Shown here in pieces: positions 1 to 12,894 of a stretch of DNA of 64,000 bases. Location: the NCBI GenBank assembly GCA_965153285.1, contig OZ229111.1; one strand, 5' to 3'. The stretch's first letter is position 1, and each line of letters begins with the position of its first letter. The notes below the pieces were generated by a model. That model did not search any database. It had not been told where the DNA came from and saw nothing but the letters and a program-made list of their open reading frames with translations. This DNA is from Podarcis tiliguerta (lineage: Eukaryota). A program made the translations under genes and the position numbers.

Positions 1-170
1 CAGCTGCTGGGTGACCTTGGGCTAGTCACACTTCTCTGAAGTCTCTCAGCCCCACTCACCTCACAGAGTGTTTGTTGTGGGGGAGGAAGGGAAAGGAGAA
101 TGTTAGCCGCTTTGAGACTCCTTTGGGTAGTGATAAAGCGGGATATCAAAACCAAACTCTTCTTCTTCTT
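1..170 (+). mobile_element. Squam3-type tRNA-derived SINE, 3' part (cut by window edge)
   Basis: Near-identical to the full copies at 21657 and 47332; ends in the AAACTCTT(CTT)n tail typical of the lacertid Squam3 subfamily. Confidence 0.85.
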
Positions 171-730
171 ATATTTATTGTAAGCAATTGTGAACAAAAA
201 CCTTTTAACTGGACTTCCAAGGCAACATCCAATGCATAAAAGTAAAACATTGAAACATTGAAAGTAAAACATTGAAAAAAAGCAAAAGTATGTTCTTAAC
301 ATACAGTGCAGAGGAGAATGTCTTGTCGAGTGAATGCTCTGATCCCAAAAGCGTTATCAATCTCTCTAGCAAATAAGACTTGCATATCTACTTCCTGTGA
401 ATCCAGTTGATTGTTCTTTAATCCCTCACAGGGATTCCCAGCATGATACCAGCAAACTGCAAACATTAGATCATACTCTAACACAATCTAGTTCACACTG
501 CAGCACAGAGTCCCTAATCTACCTAGTTGCCTACTGCAGCAGCTACTGCTAAGGTTAATATCTATGGCTTTACCAGGTTGCATATGTCCTCAGCACTGAC
601 CCGTTACTGGTGAGCTATTTTATAACCTCCAGCAATTTTGCTAGAGTTACTTTGGCTTAGATAGGATTGCCTTACACAAATGTTTTATATTGTATAAACC
701 CGGTGGTCACTTACTGAACTCCTTTAACAG

Positions 731-824
731 GTATATGGTGGATGCTGCGGATCGTGAAAAAATAGAAGCCTCTAGAAATGAGCTGCACAATCTATTAGAC
801 AAACCACAGCTACAAGGAATCCCT
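731..824 (+). CDS. ARL8B: ARL8B coding exon (94 bp; exon 4 equivalent)
   Basis: ttaacag|G TAT ATG...ATC CCT|gtaagt. Confidence 0.95.
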
Positions 825-3800
825 GTAAGTTGTAAACATCTGGCCCTTCGTCCCATACAAACTTTTAAGGTTTTAACTTGTTTTGAAAGGAATTCTACCT
901 TGTGCACAAATCAGTCAAACGCCACTTGTGTTCAGCTTCTGCAGCTCCATCTGTTCCATGTTCTTAAGCATGCTTTTGACCTTCTACTGAATCAAACCAT
1001 TGGTCCATCTACCTCCTGGTTATCTATAATGACTGGCAGTGGCTTTCCAGAGTTTAGGCAGGAGTCTCTTCCAGCCATTTCTGGGAGCTCCATCCCTCTT
1101 GTATTAATCCTTGTCTGGAAGTTTCCATAGTAGAACTAATACACTACAGCAATATACCCAAAACATGAAGGCTATTAATGTGAAAAGTCTTAAAAATAAC
1201 TTGTTAAGAGGTTTTGACAATCTGTGTTCAAAAAGTTTTAGTTAGCGAATGCTGCTAACTGAAGAAGCCCACTATGTACCTAAACTTACCAAATCTGACT
1301 AGGGTGCTATGGAAGCGAGCCCTCTGGTTTTGCTTCTTGCTTGGTGTGCTCACATCTTGCTCCTTTACTGCCTCTGCATGCAGTTTCTGTGCTGCATCTG
1401 ATGGGACGACTAGTGGCCCCAGAGTGTGGGGTCCCTTTGAAGTTTCTTCATAGGTTTGGTTTGAATTCAAACTATGTCTACAAATAGATAAAAGCCTGAG
1501 CTTGTTGAGGCTTAACTGCTTAGAACCTGAAACTTTAGTTCTTTCACACTACCGATTTATTCCCTCTATGCTCTGGTTTACACAAAATTGGGCAAGTAAG
1601 TATCTTGTTTTAAACAGAATGTAAGCTGCCTTCACATGAAGACGGGGTACAAATAAATGCAGTACCTTCTCATTTCAGGTTCTAGTACTTGGAAACAAAA
1701 GAGACCTTCCCAATGCTTTGGATGAGAAGCAACTTATTGAAAAAATGTAAGTGACTAAGTAATTATATGATAAGATGCTCTGTGCTGACTTGCTGTGTTC
1801 AAAATTAAACTTGTTATGGTAAGAGGGGTGTTGTCTAAGAGACTAGTTTCATATTGTAATGTGATTCTTAGGGATAGTGGTAAGATGGCTTTCCAGTGGG
1901 TTACCTTAGAAATATTCCTATTAATTACAATTAGGGATTATCACCAATGTGTTCCTGTGCTGCTTCTCTTCCAGGAACCTGGCTGCTATTCAAGACAGAG
2001 AAATCTGCTGCTACTCCATTTCTTGCAAAGAAAAGGACAATATAGGTAATTAAAATACATAGGTGCTAACTTCCACTGGGTGCACAAATTGGATTCATAA
2101 AGGCTGTTCTTGCAAAACTGCATGCATCCTTTCAGACATTTAGCAGTTCATGCCAACACATTTACTAGCATTTTTTATAAATTCAGAACTGTGTAATTAA
2201 CTGACTGTGAGACTAGATAGACCAAACATATGGTTTCATAAAAGTGAAACTGGCAGGTCACACTTCTGAGCTAAAATATGGAAACTCTGAGTTTAATCTC
2301 TATAAGGTGTCTTTCCTTGAATACCCTTGAACTGACAGTGTGCTGCAAATGTTTCTATTCCGTCTTTTCTTCTGCCCAGAGCGGTGGAATTGCTCTATGG
2401 CAGCACCTGGGTAATTGGAAAACTACGTATAAAGACAAGGAAAAACAGGCTGATCACAAACAGTTCACTTAAAATGTGAATAAGACTGAAATCTGTTAAG
2501 CAATATAGTCTAGTAAAGCCAGCTTGCTTTGGATAGATTTGGACTGACTCCAAACCAAAGCCTGCTTCTCTTGAAGCTTCAGGTCCATTTCAGAGGGTGG
2601 TTCTTGGTTTCAGTTTGTAAGTCCTGTTTGATACATTTTTGAACCACCTACAGGCTATCTCTCCGTAAAAGGGTGGCGGGGGGAGAGTGGTGTGGCTTTG
2701 TGACTGATGGCTTCCATTCAGGGAATGGCTTTTCTGGATCTCTCCACCCCCTCTTCTTTTGGGAGGGACACTGAAGCAACCTAACTTCTAGCTGTTCAGT
2801 ATTCTTAAATAAGTGTTGATGCTCCTAAGAGTCAACTTGCCATCACTAAAGGATTTGGAGTTGACAATTGGCATTTTGTTTGACCTAATACTCTGCTTAT
2901 TCCCCATGCCATCCTTTAGATTCTAGTTTTTAAAATTAACTCTTGATTTTGTTTGTGTCTGCCATGTGTTACTAGGCTAGTTGCTTTCTGTCCCTCCTGC
3001 AAAATATATGGCCCTAATCAGGACTAGGAAAGTTCATTTTTTAAAGGAACTAATTCCAGTTCCTGTTCATCGCTTTACAAAACTGTCTGTTTCAGTTCAA
3101 GTTCATCCAAACTATCCTTGGCATTTTTTCCAGCATTCAGAATGTTACAAGCTGGTGTGCTGAAGTATAAAAGTTATTTAAGAAGAAAACATCAAAATAT
3201 GCACACACAGACAGCAATGTGACTAGCTTTCCCCAACAATTATGATCTTCAAGCTTAAAGGCCCAAGGAAAGAGGCAAGAAGCACGTGTAAGAAAATGAA
3301 CTTGAACTAGAATCAGTTCAAAGCTGCGCTGCACTTCCAAAAAAAATTAATTCACACTCAGCCTGGTGACTATGGGAACAACTTTCAGGTGTAGTTCAGA
3401 GATTTTTGAACTAATTTAGTGGACTTCATTAAACCAAACTAGTTCATTCCAAGCACTGGCCCTTGTAGAATTTCATTTAGTTTGTTGTTTATAGGTCTAT
3501 AACTGACTGAATATATAGCATAGACTGTGCCTACAATGTTCTTCATGATTGTGTGACTTAACAGGTGTGTGTATGTACACAGCATTTATATAGCTAAACT
3601 TATTGCTGTGCAGAGCATAGTGTACATGCTCATTTTTTCTTTTAAGTATCCACCTCTGTCCTAATTAGGTTTCCCTTTCTTAATGTGACTTTGGTGCCAA
3701 CTGTTGCCTGCCTATTATTTAGCACTTTTTGAAAGGACAGGTAGTAATAGTTTGCCCCGAAACCTATCCAAACAACTTTTGCCAAGATGCCTGGGTCCTG

Positions 3801-4095
3801 GAGCTTGGCAGCCCTATGAAGTATTTCTGTAAATGGATCATTACTGGAACACCTGCCTGCTATTTTCCTATGGTCTCCCCACACCCAAATCTGGAAAAGG
3901 AAATTATTACTTACATGTAGACCCTAGTCTAACCTTTTTGAATATAAATCTGTGTAGATAAGTGTAACCTCCTTTTTAGATTGGATGTTCAACTGCAGGA
4001 AGTAGAATATCTAAGATAAATGACAACTGTTTCTTTTTCTTCTAGATATCACACTTCAGTGGCTTATTCAGCATTCAAAGTCCAGAAGAAGCTGA
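731..4095 (+). CDS. ARL8B: ADP-ribosylation factor-like 8B, 3' part: join(731..824,1679..1746,1975..2045,4046..4095); 5' exons lie upstream of the window
   Basis: Spliced translation [93 protein letters not shown]. All introns are GT-AG with compatible phases, and it contains the G4 NKxD motif. Adjacent EDEM1 favours ARL8B over ARL8A. Confidence 0.95.
1679..1746 (+). CDS. ARL8B: ARL8B coding exon (68 bp; exon 5 equivalent)
   Basis: catttcag|GTT CTA GTA CTT GGA AAC AAA...AAA AT|gtaagt; [11 protein letters not shown]. Confidence 0.95.
1975..2045 (+). CDS. ARL8B: ARL8B coding exon (71 bp; exon 6 equivalent)
   Basis: cttccag|G AAC CTG GCT...AAT ATA G|gtaatt; [23 protein letters not shown]. Confidence 0.95.
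4046..4095 (+). CDS. ARL8B: ARL8B last coding exon (50 coding bp, TGA at 4093-4095)
   Basis: ttcttctag|AT ATC ACA CTT CAG TGG...AGA AGC TGA. Confidence 0.95.
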
Positions 4096-6335
4096 AATAT
4101 CACCGATAACACCCTCCGTTGGCCATAGTCTGATTTGTCTGCTCCTTCCATGATGAAATGTTATTCAGGATAGTCCTCCTGTATCCAAGGAATTGCCTTT
4201 TTTCACAGTTCATGCCTCCATGTGCACTGCTGAAGACTTATATTCCTACTTCTGTCATAAAAATTGGCTAGAGTTGTCATGAGTCGTGCAAATGTTTTTT
4301 TCTTAGTTCATCTAAGCAGTGGCAGTGGGTGCTTCTCCCCTCTCAAAGGCTATCATTAAATCAGTGTGTTTCTGCTCTGGTCTTCCTGAGCCAGGTTTTT
4401 ATATTTGATTGTCAACAAACTTATTTAATTCTTCTATTTAGTGGCTCGTTGAAGATGCTGACACAGGGCAGCACAAGGATTCTAGCACCACTTTATTGTG
4501 CTTATACAGCTTTTCAAACACTGTTTAAATGGGATACTAACTTTTTTCTCTCAGATGCATGTGTGATATGTATTGTAAAATGGTTTGCAATGGAAAGTGC
4601 CAGGCACTAGATATTAAATCACTAAATTACCTTGAGTTTCTCAAAACTTCCTTCATTCTAATGAATGAAATGTCCAATTGTCAACTTTTGTATCTGTGCA
4701 GGTCATTGCTAATGACTTTATATGCTGAAATTCTTAAGGGGAATAGAGTACTTTTGAAATAAAGCTTTCAAGTGTTTGAACACACAAGCAAGTCAAACGA
4801 ACCTGGGAACCTCGGACGAGACTGAACAATCACACCTTGTTCCTCGAAATGCTTTGCAAAGTCTGCATGGCACCCTAATGGTGTCAGACTCCCAGCACAA
4901 AATAATCGTATTGTTATCTGGCTTGTCCTCTTAATGGAATAATTGAGCACAGTTGCACTTGGTGCTAGGAAATGCCTAGGCTATTGTGACAACTCTAGAT
5001 TTGCCTGCTTTCTCGGTGTGTAATCATGTGTAAAAGTCCACAGGCTAAGAAATGTTGAATGGTGTCTTGAAGCACAAGAGAATCAATGAACTGATCCTGT
5101 TTCTTGGTTAGCTTCTACACAGCATAGAGGTGTATGAATCAAACTGTAACACTACTTTTGTAGCTTTACCTTCTTGGCAATGTCAATATTTAAAGGGACA
5201 GACTTGTTAAGGCTGGTTTTCTTCATACAATGTCGATGTAGCCCACTGTATGCATACAAATATAAGGTACACCTGCTTGTGTTGCCCCCATTGTTTCGTT
5301 TGTTTTTTTTAAGCAGCACCTGCATGTACTTGGATGTTGCACTTTTCAGAGTCCATGTTAACACAGGTTTGGTACATTTAAGGGCACGTTCATAATATGC
5401 CTTTCAAGGACAAAATGGTTTCTCAAAGGAAAGATATTTCATACTGGACCCCCCAAGTACTGCGATAAGCCATGGTATAGTATGCCTTTGCTAATCTGCA
5501 TGTATGGCAAAACTCTTCTCGTCTTCTACTGGCATTCCTGTGTTACTTACTTTCAAAGGCTCTATGCCAAAAGGCCACAGGCCATGCCTTTACAGTATCA
5601 CATGGAGTTTGTAAAAGACTCCACAGTGCTATCAGGTGGTCTGGGGGAAAAGTAACATGGGATCATACATTAGCCGCAATAGCCGAATATGTGTGCATTA
5701 CAGGCAGAATGTATGAATACTCATTAAAAAGTTACAGCAGCTTTGCAACAGCAATTGGACCAAGTTGACTTAACACACAAATGTGCCCCACAGCAGCCAG
5801 TTTTGCTTTATACTGCCATGGCCTTACTGTTCCCATACAAACTTGCTGCACTGTTGCACAGACACAACTATTGCTTCCATTAGCAAATTGAGCTTTTTTG
5901 CATTTTTAACTTCATATTTGCTTCTATAAATCCTGTATTGTTGGTGCTGTAGAGACGAGGTCAATCACGTGCTATTGTAGTTGACTACAGACTGCTACAC
6001 TTAACTAGAGAAACTCTGCTTGTGCCTAAAAATAAGGAAGCTGAACTAGAATGTGTCAACTTTTCTTCTTCTGAGAATCAAATTACTGTTAAAGAAGCTG
6101 GCCTGTTGCTGAATTCAGTGTGGGTTCTTTTTGTGTGCATACTTCACAGCTTTCAGCATTTCGACATCAAAAACCACTATCAACTTTTTAATCTGTGCAT
6201 TAATCTTGGCATGTGAAGAACTTATACATTTACCAAACTTTGTAAATATGTGAATTTTTTTATTTAGGTGGATGGCATTTTGTTTTACTGCTGTTTAGCT
6301 TTAACCAATAAACTTATGTTTTCAGGGTTATGCTG
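4096..6335 (+). other. ARL8B: ARL8B 3'UTR (~2.2 kb, no recognisable repeats)
   Basis: Runs from the stop codon to the AATAAA at 6307; end point inferred. Confidence 0.65.
6307..6312 (+). terminator. Probable ARL8B polyadenylation signal AATAAA
   Basis: AATAAA with U-rich upstream (TGTAAATA, TTTTTTTATTT) and GU-rich downstream sequence. Confidence 0.65.
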
Positions 6336-6655
6336 GCATGTATGTAATTGGAACTTAAAAGTGTTGATGTGACCGAAATAGAGATGGAGTAAGCCTGTAT
6401 TCTTACTTGGACGTTAGAGACTCTCACTGTTCCTGTGCTTATTGAAACTTGCATATGTTCCAAGTCCTTGAGGCTGTGGTCGACTCGCTGTGGTCCACAG
6501 CGAGTGAAGCCTCAAAACCTAGTGTGTGAAATATCCAGTCCAGCCTCATGCAGGTGTCCTTCCTGTTCATAATGTAGAAATTTGTATTCCTCTACCATTT
6601 CCCTAATACACCCCCTTTTTCTTTTTACAAAATGTACTTTATCTAACTATGCCTT

Positions 6656-7002
6656 GGGACACGGATGGCGCTGTGGGTTAAACCACAGAGCCTAGGGTTT
6701 GCCAATCAGAAGGGCGGCAGTTCGAATCCTCGTGACGGGGTGAGCTCCCGTTGCCCAGTTCCTGCTCCTGCCAACAGTTTGAAAGCACATCAAAGTGCAA
6801 GTAGATAAATAGGTACTCCTCCGGCGGGAAGGTAAACGGCATTTCCGTGCGCTGCTCTGGTTCGCCAGAAGTGGCTTAGTCATGCTGGACACATGACCCG
6901 GAAGCTGCATGCCAGCTCCCTTGGCCAATAAAGTGAGATGAGCACCACAACCCCAGAGTTGTCTGCGACTGGACCTAATGGTCAAGGATCCCTTTACCTT
7001 TA
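6656..7002 (+). mobile_element. Sauria SINE (Squam1), full length
   Basis: GGGACAC..GGCGCTGTGGGTTAAACCACAGAGCC head with a Pol III B box (GTTCGAATCC), ACCTTT tail, imperfect TSD CTATGC(C/T)TT. Confidence 0.9.
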
Positions 7003-7840
7003 GCTATGCTTTAAAACTGCCATAATTCCTGGACCCATTGGCCATGCTATTTGGAACGGGCAGCAAACGGGATCCACAACCCTTGCTTAATATAGATTAG
7101 AACACAGCTGGACTAGGACAAATGCAGAGATGCCCACACCACAATATCTTCAGTATATGCTTTGCTTCTAATTAGGCTAAGAACAATTATTCCTGGTGAT
7201 GTTTCATTCAGGTATACATGAACTTCCCAGACTTTTGGATGGGGGGAAAGGTACAAATACCTTTGCTGCCTGGGCTATGGAGCTAAGTGTTCCTCAGGGG
7301 CATGGGAAAAGATGAAACTTTCTGGGATCTTGGATGAAATTGGAGGCAAGCACAACAGAAAGGATGACATTACTGCATGATGGGAGACAATGAGCTGTTA
7401 AAGGTTAATATCCCTGCTAAAATTCTGCAACCACTGCAAGAATTGGCTTATTGGTGGTATGATTATTAGCAGTAAAGTTGCTACTTCTCTTTCAGTGGCA
7501 GGTCCAAGGGCGGGTTACCACAATTGAAAATTAAAAACACTTGCAAATTGGTTACTAAAAACACACTCCTCTGGTGCCAAAGGCCAGAGTTAAAAGGTGC
7601 ATCTTCAGCGTTTGTTGAAAGTTGTAAAATTACAGTGGGCAAAAAGTGATAAAGTTCCTAGCTCAATGTGAGAACTGTTTTGAAGTAGTGAGGAAGGGTA
7701 AAGAGGTTAACCCCTTACACTTGAGGAATTTTACTTCTGGATTGTCATTTCAAATTTGGTGCTAAACCACAAACTCCTGAAGATGTATCACAGAAAGATG
7801 AGCGCAGTTGTAGATTTGCCTTGTACAGCTTCCACTAGTG

Positions 7841-7976
7841 CAGGCTTAGGCAAACTCTGGCCCTCCAGACTTATGGGACTACAATTCCCATCATCCCTAG
7901 CTAACAGGACCAGTGGTCAGGGATGATGGGAATTGTAGTCCCAAACATCTGGAGGGCTGGAGTTTGCCTATGCCTG
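7841..7976. mobile_element. Palindromic hAT MITE
   Basis: TIR CAGGC(T/A)TAGGCAAACT, internal GGGACTACAATTCCCATCATCCCT palindrome, perfect 8-bp TSD CACTAGTG. Confidence 0.85.
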
Positions 7977-8871
7977 CACTAGTGTGTTTGAAATAGCAAT
8001 GAAGGTGGAACAACAGGCCCTGTGTGGCTTATACCAGCTTGCAGAAGCACAAGTCTTGAAGCATCATATCAGGGATGGGGAACCTGTCTGTGCCCCTTCA
8101 AATGTCTGGACTAGAATCCCCACCCCACCCCTGAGCATGGGCTATGCTAGCTGGGGCCCAACAAGATCCAGAGGATAATAGGTTCCTCATGCCTCTACTA
8201 TGCTGATAGTTGTCAAATTGATTGTTTCTGTGCAGTGAGGGTGTGGTGGAGAAAAAGATACAGGGCCAGTAAAGAGGGAAAGTGGCATGTGATGCGTTAT
8301 GACTCCTTCCCCCCCTTTTTTGCAGCTCTCACAAGATAATTAAATTAGGGATGGTGGATGGAGAGGCAGTAAAACCGTCTTCCTGACTGGCATTTCAAGA
8401 AACCACAAACTGCTTTTGGAATGATTGTGTCTAGTGCTTGTAAACAAACACATTTTTATCTGTCTGTCTCTCCCCCTCCCCAACTAAATCTCCATGGTTT
8501 TTTGTTTTTTTGTTTAAAGCCCAATTAAGCTGCATATAGATGTGAAAACTGGCTTCAAATTGTGAGAAAAGAGAAAATTGAGTCATTTGCGGAACAATGA
8601 TGGTTTATATATGAATTTTGGCAGCAGCAGCAGATGCTGGCATTTCTTCACCAATCTGCTTAGCCTTTTGTAAACATAAGATTTCATGCCTATTTAGATG
8701 CCTTCTGCAATATCCTTCAGAAGGATTACCGAAAGAAAACTAGCACATAGAGAATGACTCCTATTGTAGCCTTCAAACTTCCTTACTTCAGAAAAACAGT
8801 AGAAACTGCTTCATCAAAAAAAACCCTCTTCTGAAATTAAAATAAAACAATTACTGAAGTCTAAAAATATT

Positions 8872-8927
8872 GCGTGCTATGGTCCATGGGGTCATGAGTC
8901 GGACACGACTAAATGACTAAACAACAA
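8872..8927 (+). mobile_element. BovB/RTE LINE 3'-terminal fragment
   Basis: GGTCCATGGGGTCA..GAGTCGGACACGACTAA..CAACAA tail, flanked by AAAAATATT repeats. Confidence 0.7.
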
Positions 8928-9175
8928 AAAATATTAAAAACAAGGATCCATAGCTAAGCTGCAGCTGGTGTAGAATTCAGCAACCAGATTGTTCACCAGG
9001 GCAGGGCAGTCAATACATAACAGAAATTCTAGCAAGGCTACACTGAATACCAATTAGCTTCTGGACTCAAAAGTGCTGGGTTATTATTATTTTTACCTTT
9101 AAATGCTCATGTGACTCAGGGCCCCAGGGGCTGCGTCTTACCTTATGAACCAATCTGGACCATGTGATCATCTTT

Positions 9176-9280
9176 CTAACTCAGCTTGATGGTAGTAACT
9201 GAGCATGGTGCTGATAACGCTACGGTTGCAGGTTTGATCCCTATATGGGATAGCTGCATATTCCTGCATTGTAAGGGGGC
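9176..9280 (+). mobile_element. tRNA-derived SINE (Squam2-like), degenerate
   Basis: tRNA-like head GAGCATGGTGCTGATAACGC..GCAGGTTTGATCCC followed by CTGCATATTCCTGCATTG. Confidence 0.6.
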
Positions 9281-9283
9281 AAG

Positions 9284-9575
9284 GGCAGAGGAAGAGGAAG
9301 GGTAGTACAGTGGGGGCGGGCTGCCCCAGGTGTCATCACTGAGGAGTGTGTGTGACAAAATGGCGGACAGCACTCAACACGGGGCGTGCAGCATGCCCAA
9401 ACCACACGTCTCCTGGGAGTGACGTGGTGGCTTGGGTGCCCGCAGGCTTCGTGCTGCCCCAAATGGTCCACTTGCTGGCTCCCCCTCCGCTGTAGGGCGG
9501 CTGAGTGGGAGGAGGCAGGCAGACTCCTCAGAGCTTCGTCTCATGGCTGCCCCCCCCCCCGGGGCACACGGCATG
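9284..9575 (+). mobile_element. GC-rich non-autonomous hAT-like element, copy 1
   Basis: Strong similarity to 46201-46535 (GCTGTAGGGCGGCTGAGTGGGAGGAGGCAGGCAGACTCCTCAGAG identical). Confidence 0.65.
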
Positions 9576-10919
9576 GTTTTACTAATAAAGTAATTTACAG
9601 TAACCCACTTAATCCTTAAAACCACTTCCCCTTGGAGTTCCAAATTTGTTTTGGTGTTTCTAGTTGGTGGGTCAATTGTTACTCTGCTACTCCCCTTTCC
9701 ATGTTTGCTACTTCTTGAATGCTTCAGTTTCTTCTTCAGCTGTGCTTGTAACTACATCTGGTGTGCTCCTGAATGGAATAATTGCCCCCCCCCCCGATCC
9801 TTGAGATTTGCACAAAATAAAAATAAAAACTGCACAATCAATCTACACTAAAATTTTCTTTTAAGTGTGCTGCGAATTTAAGGGCTTTAAGATATTAGAT
9901 ATAAATTGTTTAGATCCCTCAGATTTGCACAAAACCAGAACAGCAAACAAGCAAATTTACAACTGCCTCACTCTGGTTTTGCACATTTTGGAGGCAGAGA
10001 ATTTTATTTTTAAAAAATAAGTTCTGCATGCAGCATCTGGAATAACAGAATCAACAAGGTTGAAGGCTGGGACAGACACAAGAGAGAAGCCTACTGGCAT
10101 GGTGGTCTGAGGTTGTTCTCATATACAAAATCAAATATGTGTTGGTGTGAACTAGCCTGGTCTAATTAATAGGGAAATAATGCTCAAATGTAGACAAGCC
10201 CTATGTTGCAAGAAAATGGTTTGATCCATCAGTGTGATTTATGTTCCACCATAGTAAGTTTCATTTTCAATACAAACCAGCACTTATGTGTTCAAACAAA
10301 ATGAGACAGACAGAGAATCCTTGCGAGGTTGGTCCCTGCTGCTCAATGACTCATTACCCCCACAGTGTAGGTACTAGCACATTAACCTTTAGAAAGCAAC
10401 TCAGGGAAGAATAGGGTAGAGCGAAATGGTAAACGGGCTGTGTAAAACCTTATATTATTTGTGCATTTCCTGTAGCTTTGGCTTGCTATGGGTGAACACT
10501 AAAGTTGAAAAGTGATCCTATAGGTAGGGTTTAGACCTAAGTCTTATACGTCAGAAATTTGTTTTACAACGAAGGATATGTTTACTGATCAGTTGCGATA
10601 TTACCCACTACGGCTGTAATCTAACCCCCCTTACCATGGTACGTACTTCTGAGTAGACATGGTTAGAATCACAGCCATAGTCAAATTTTGTCTCTGATAT
10701 ATCTACAGAGAAGGGTGCTTTTGTCCATGTAGAAGCAGTTTGAAATCTTATCTGTGTGGTTAAAAAAATGGTTTGGTACCTTAAAAGACTTTTAAAAATG
10801 TGATGTGTTATAAGCTTTCATGGCCAGATTCTGCTTTGTCTGATGCATGAAATGTGTCACCTAACTACAAAGTGAAATGGTATTGCTGTGGTGAGTTACT
10901 GCTACACACAAATGGAGGA

Positions 10920-11158
10920 CAGTGGTACCTCGGGTTACATACGCTTTAGGTTACATATGCTTCAGGTTACAAACTCCACTAACTCAGAAATTGTGCTTCA
11001 GGTTAAGAACTTTACTTCAGGATGAGAACAGAAATCGTGCTCCGGTGGCGTGGCAGCAGAGGGCCCCATTAGCTAAAGTGGTGCTTCAGGTTAAGTACAG
11101 TTTCAGGTTAAGAACGGACCTCCAGAACGAATTAAGTACGTAACCCGAGGTACCACTG
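10920..11158. mobile_element. Tc1/mariner (Tigger/pogo-like) MITE
   Basis: TIR CAGTGGTACCTCGGGTTA...TAACCCGAGGTACCACTG; internal TTCAGGTTAAG repeats; sister copy at 54362. Confidence 0.85.
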
Positions 11159-12029
11159 TTGTGGGTATCTCACAAAAGGAGGTCTCCCAAAAGCAAAATA
11201 AAATACTGAACTTAAAAATCCTTTTTGAAAAGTTTAAGCAAATTACCTTTCTTGCATCCTCACAGCATCAACCCCCCACTTTGCACATCTTACCTTACGG
11301 AGCCTCTTTTTTGCTGCTCTACACTGATGGTTGCATGTGTTCAGTGCCTACATTGCTGTTTACACTAGATTCTGTCACATTATTTCCTCCATGTGGATGC
11401 AAAATTGCCCGGTTTACTCTGCAATTGCCACACTTGGTCCCTTCTCTTTACAAGCATTTAAATGACATAAACAGTAACCTGCTTCAATGACTGCTCCTGC
11501 CCCCAGGGGTGTGGGGTGAAGATAAAGCTCACGTTCCACTACTTTCCTGTCTTTTTAAAGAGGTATGGTTTTGATGTGTGCAGTGACCTACTGGTCACGC
11601 GAGACTATCAACATGCATCTATACTTGGCAGCCTTTGCCATTTTATTAGCGTCTTAATTTTTTAAATCTATCTTGTACTTTGTGCTAAGAAATCCTTTCC
11701 TTTCCATTTTTAAAAGCACTCTTACGAAAGCGTTTCAGCACAATTTTGAAAGTTGATTAAAAAACCCTCAACGTTCTAATTTTGTCCCCAACCACTTTTT
11801 TTGTCTTATCTTTAAAAAAGCGATTGAAGCTGTACAGTAGAGTCTACATATTTTTTAAACATTTTTTACATTAAAAAATTAGGTTTTATAGAGATTTTTA
11901 AATGGTGCGACCTGCCCGTCCTTCCAAACCAGCAAAAAGCTGTGTCACACCTTCTCTCGAAAAGGGACAAGAGAAGCAGGTGCCACATCCTCAAATTGGA
12001 AGGCAGTCTGTAAATCGGTCGAATATGAT

Positions 12030-12113
12030 ATAGTTGGGATTCCCATATTGCAGGGGGCTGGACTATATGACCCTTGGAGCTGTCTTCCAACTCTGCAATT
12101 CTGTGGTTCTATG
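12030..12113 (+). mobile_element. CR1-tail SINE/CR1 3' end fragment
   Basis: CATATTGCAGGGGGCTGGACTATATGACC..TTCCAACTCT..ATTCTGTGGTTCTATG. Confidence 0.6.
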
Positions 12114-12479
12114 AAATCACTCCACCAGCTGTCAAATTAATAAAACAACTTGTTATCCCAGCATCATAACTGGGGTTAGGGGCGTGATTCAAACCCCAGT
12201 GCGTGAAGCAATCAAACAGGTGGGAGGAATAAAAGGTATTCAGCTCTTTACCAAACACCATTCAAAAGGGGGAGGTGGGGAAAAACAACACGTTTCAACA
12301 GCTGTACAAACTTGTTTACAGCAGCTGTACAAACTAAGGTAAAACGCAAGCACTCCCTCTAGCGGCGGCAGCGCTTCCCTTCACGCTCGTCACCAGGAAG
12401 GCCGCGCCGAGTGCACCCAAGGGCAACACTCGCGGCCCTCTGATTGGCTAACCGCTTCGGCTGGGTGAAATCGTGGCTC

Positions 12480-12488
12480 GCCACGTCA
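12480..12488 (-). promoter_or_regulatory. UPRE / XBP1s-ATF6-type site (TGACGTGGC on the - strand)
   Basis: GCCACGTCA is an exact reverse complement of the UPRE TGACGTGG; EDEM1 is an established IRE1-XBP1 target. Confidence 0.65.
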
Positions 12489-12894
12489 GTTCCAAGGCTG
12501 GCGTTGTTGTTGTCGTCATCTTTCTTCGACCGCTTCTCGGAAAGAAACCTTATGTGGGCGGGGACGGGCGTGAAACGCTGCGCCGCCGTCTCCGCGTGAT
12601 GACGGCGGCAACGGTGACTCCGACAGGGCCCTGTCACAATCCTCCTCCTCCTCCTCATCTCGGCAACACCCCCCTCTCGCGCCTCTTCACACCCGTCGCC
12701 CCTTAAAGGAGACGTGTTATTGTTTCGGCCAAGGATACGTGGGGAGGAGGAGGAGGAGTTGTCTGAGGGGCGGGGAGGCCGGGCGCTTCCCTCCTCCGAC
12801 AGGCGCGGAGCTTCCGCTTGAAGTATGCGCGTGAAAGGGGCGCGCGGTGGCCGCCGTGGTGCTACCGCCGCCGCCGCTGCTGACGGCTCCGACC

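Noticed and set aside
690-1130. 146-aa ORF containing ARL8 sequence
   Set aside because: Only 731-824 is exon; the rest is intron read-through past a canonical GTAAGT donor.
9176-9250. tRNA gene (also the SINE heads at 21657, 29339 and 47332)
   Set aside because: The cloverleaf is degenerate and continuous with SINE bodies; these are not functional tRNAs.
12299-12335. Direct repeat CAGCTGTACAAACT x2 upstream of the EDEM1 promoter
   Set aside because: It is a short local duplication with no evidence of function beyond a generic E-box.
12429-12485. Canonical ERSE or ERSE-II
   Set aside because: ATTGG and CCACG/CGTGG are present, but their spacing and orientation do not fit N9 or N1.
12847-12894. 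In-frame GTG extension of the EDEM1 N-terminus
   Set aside because: The ATG at 12895 has a good Kozak context and gives the conserved MQWR start; nothing supports non-AUG initiation.
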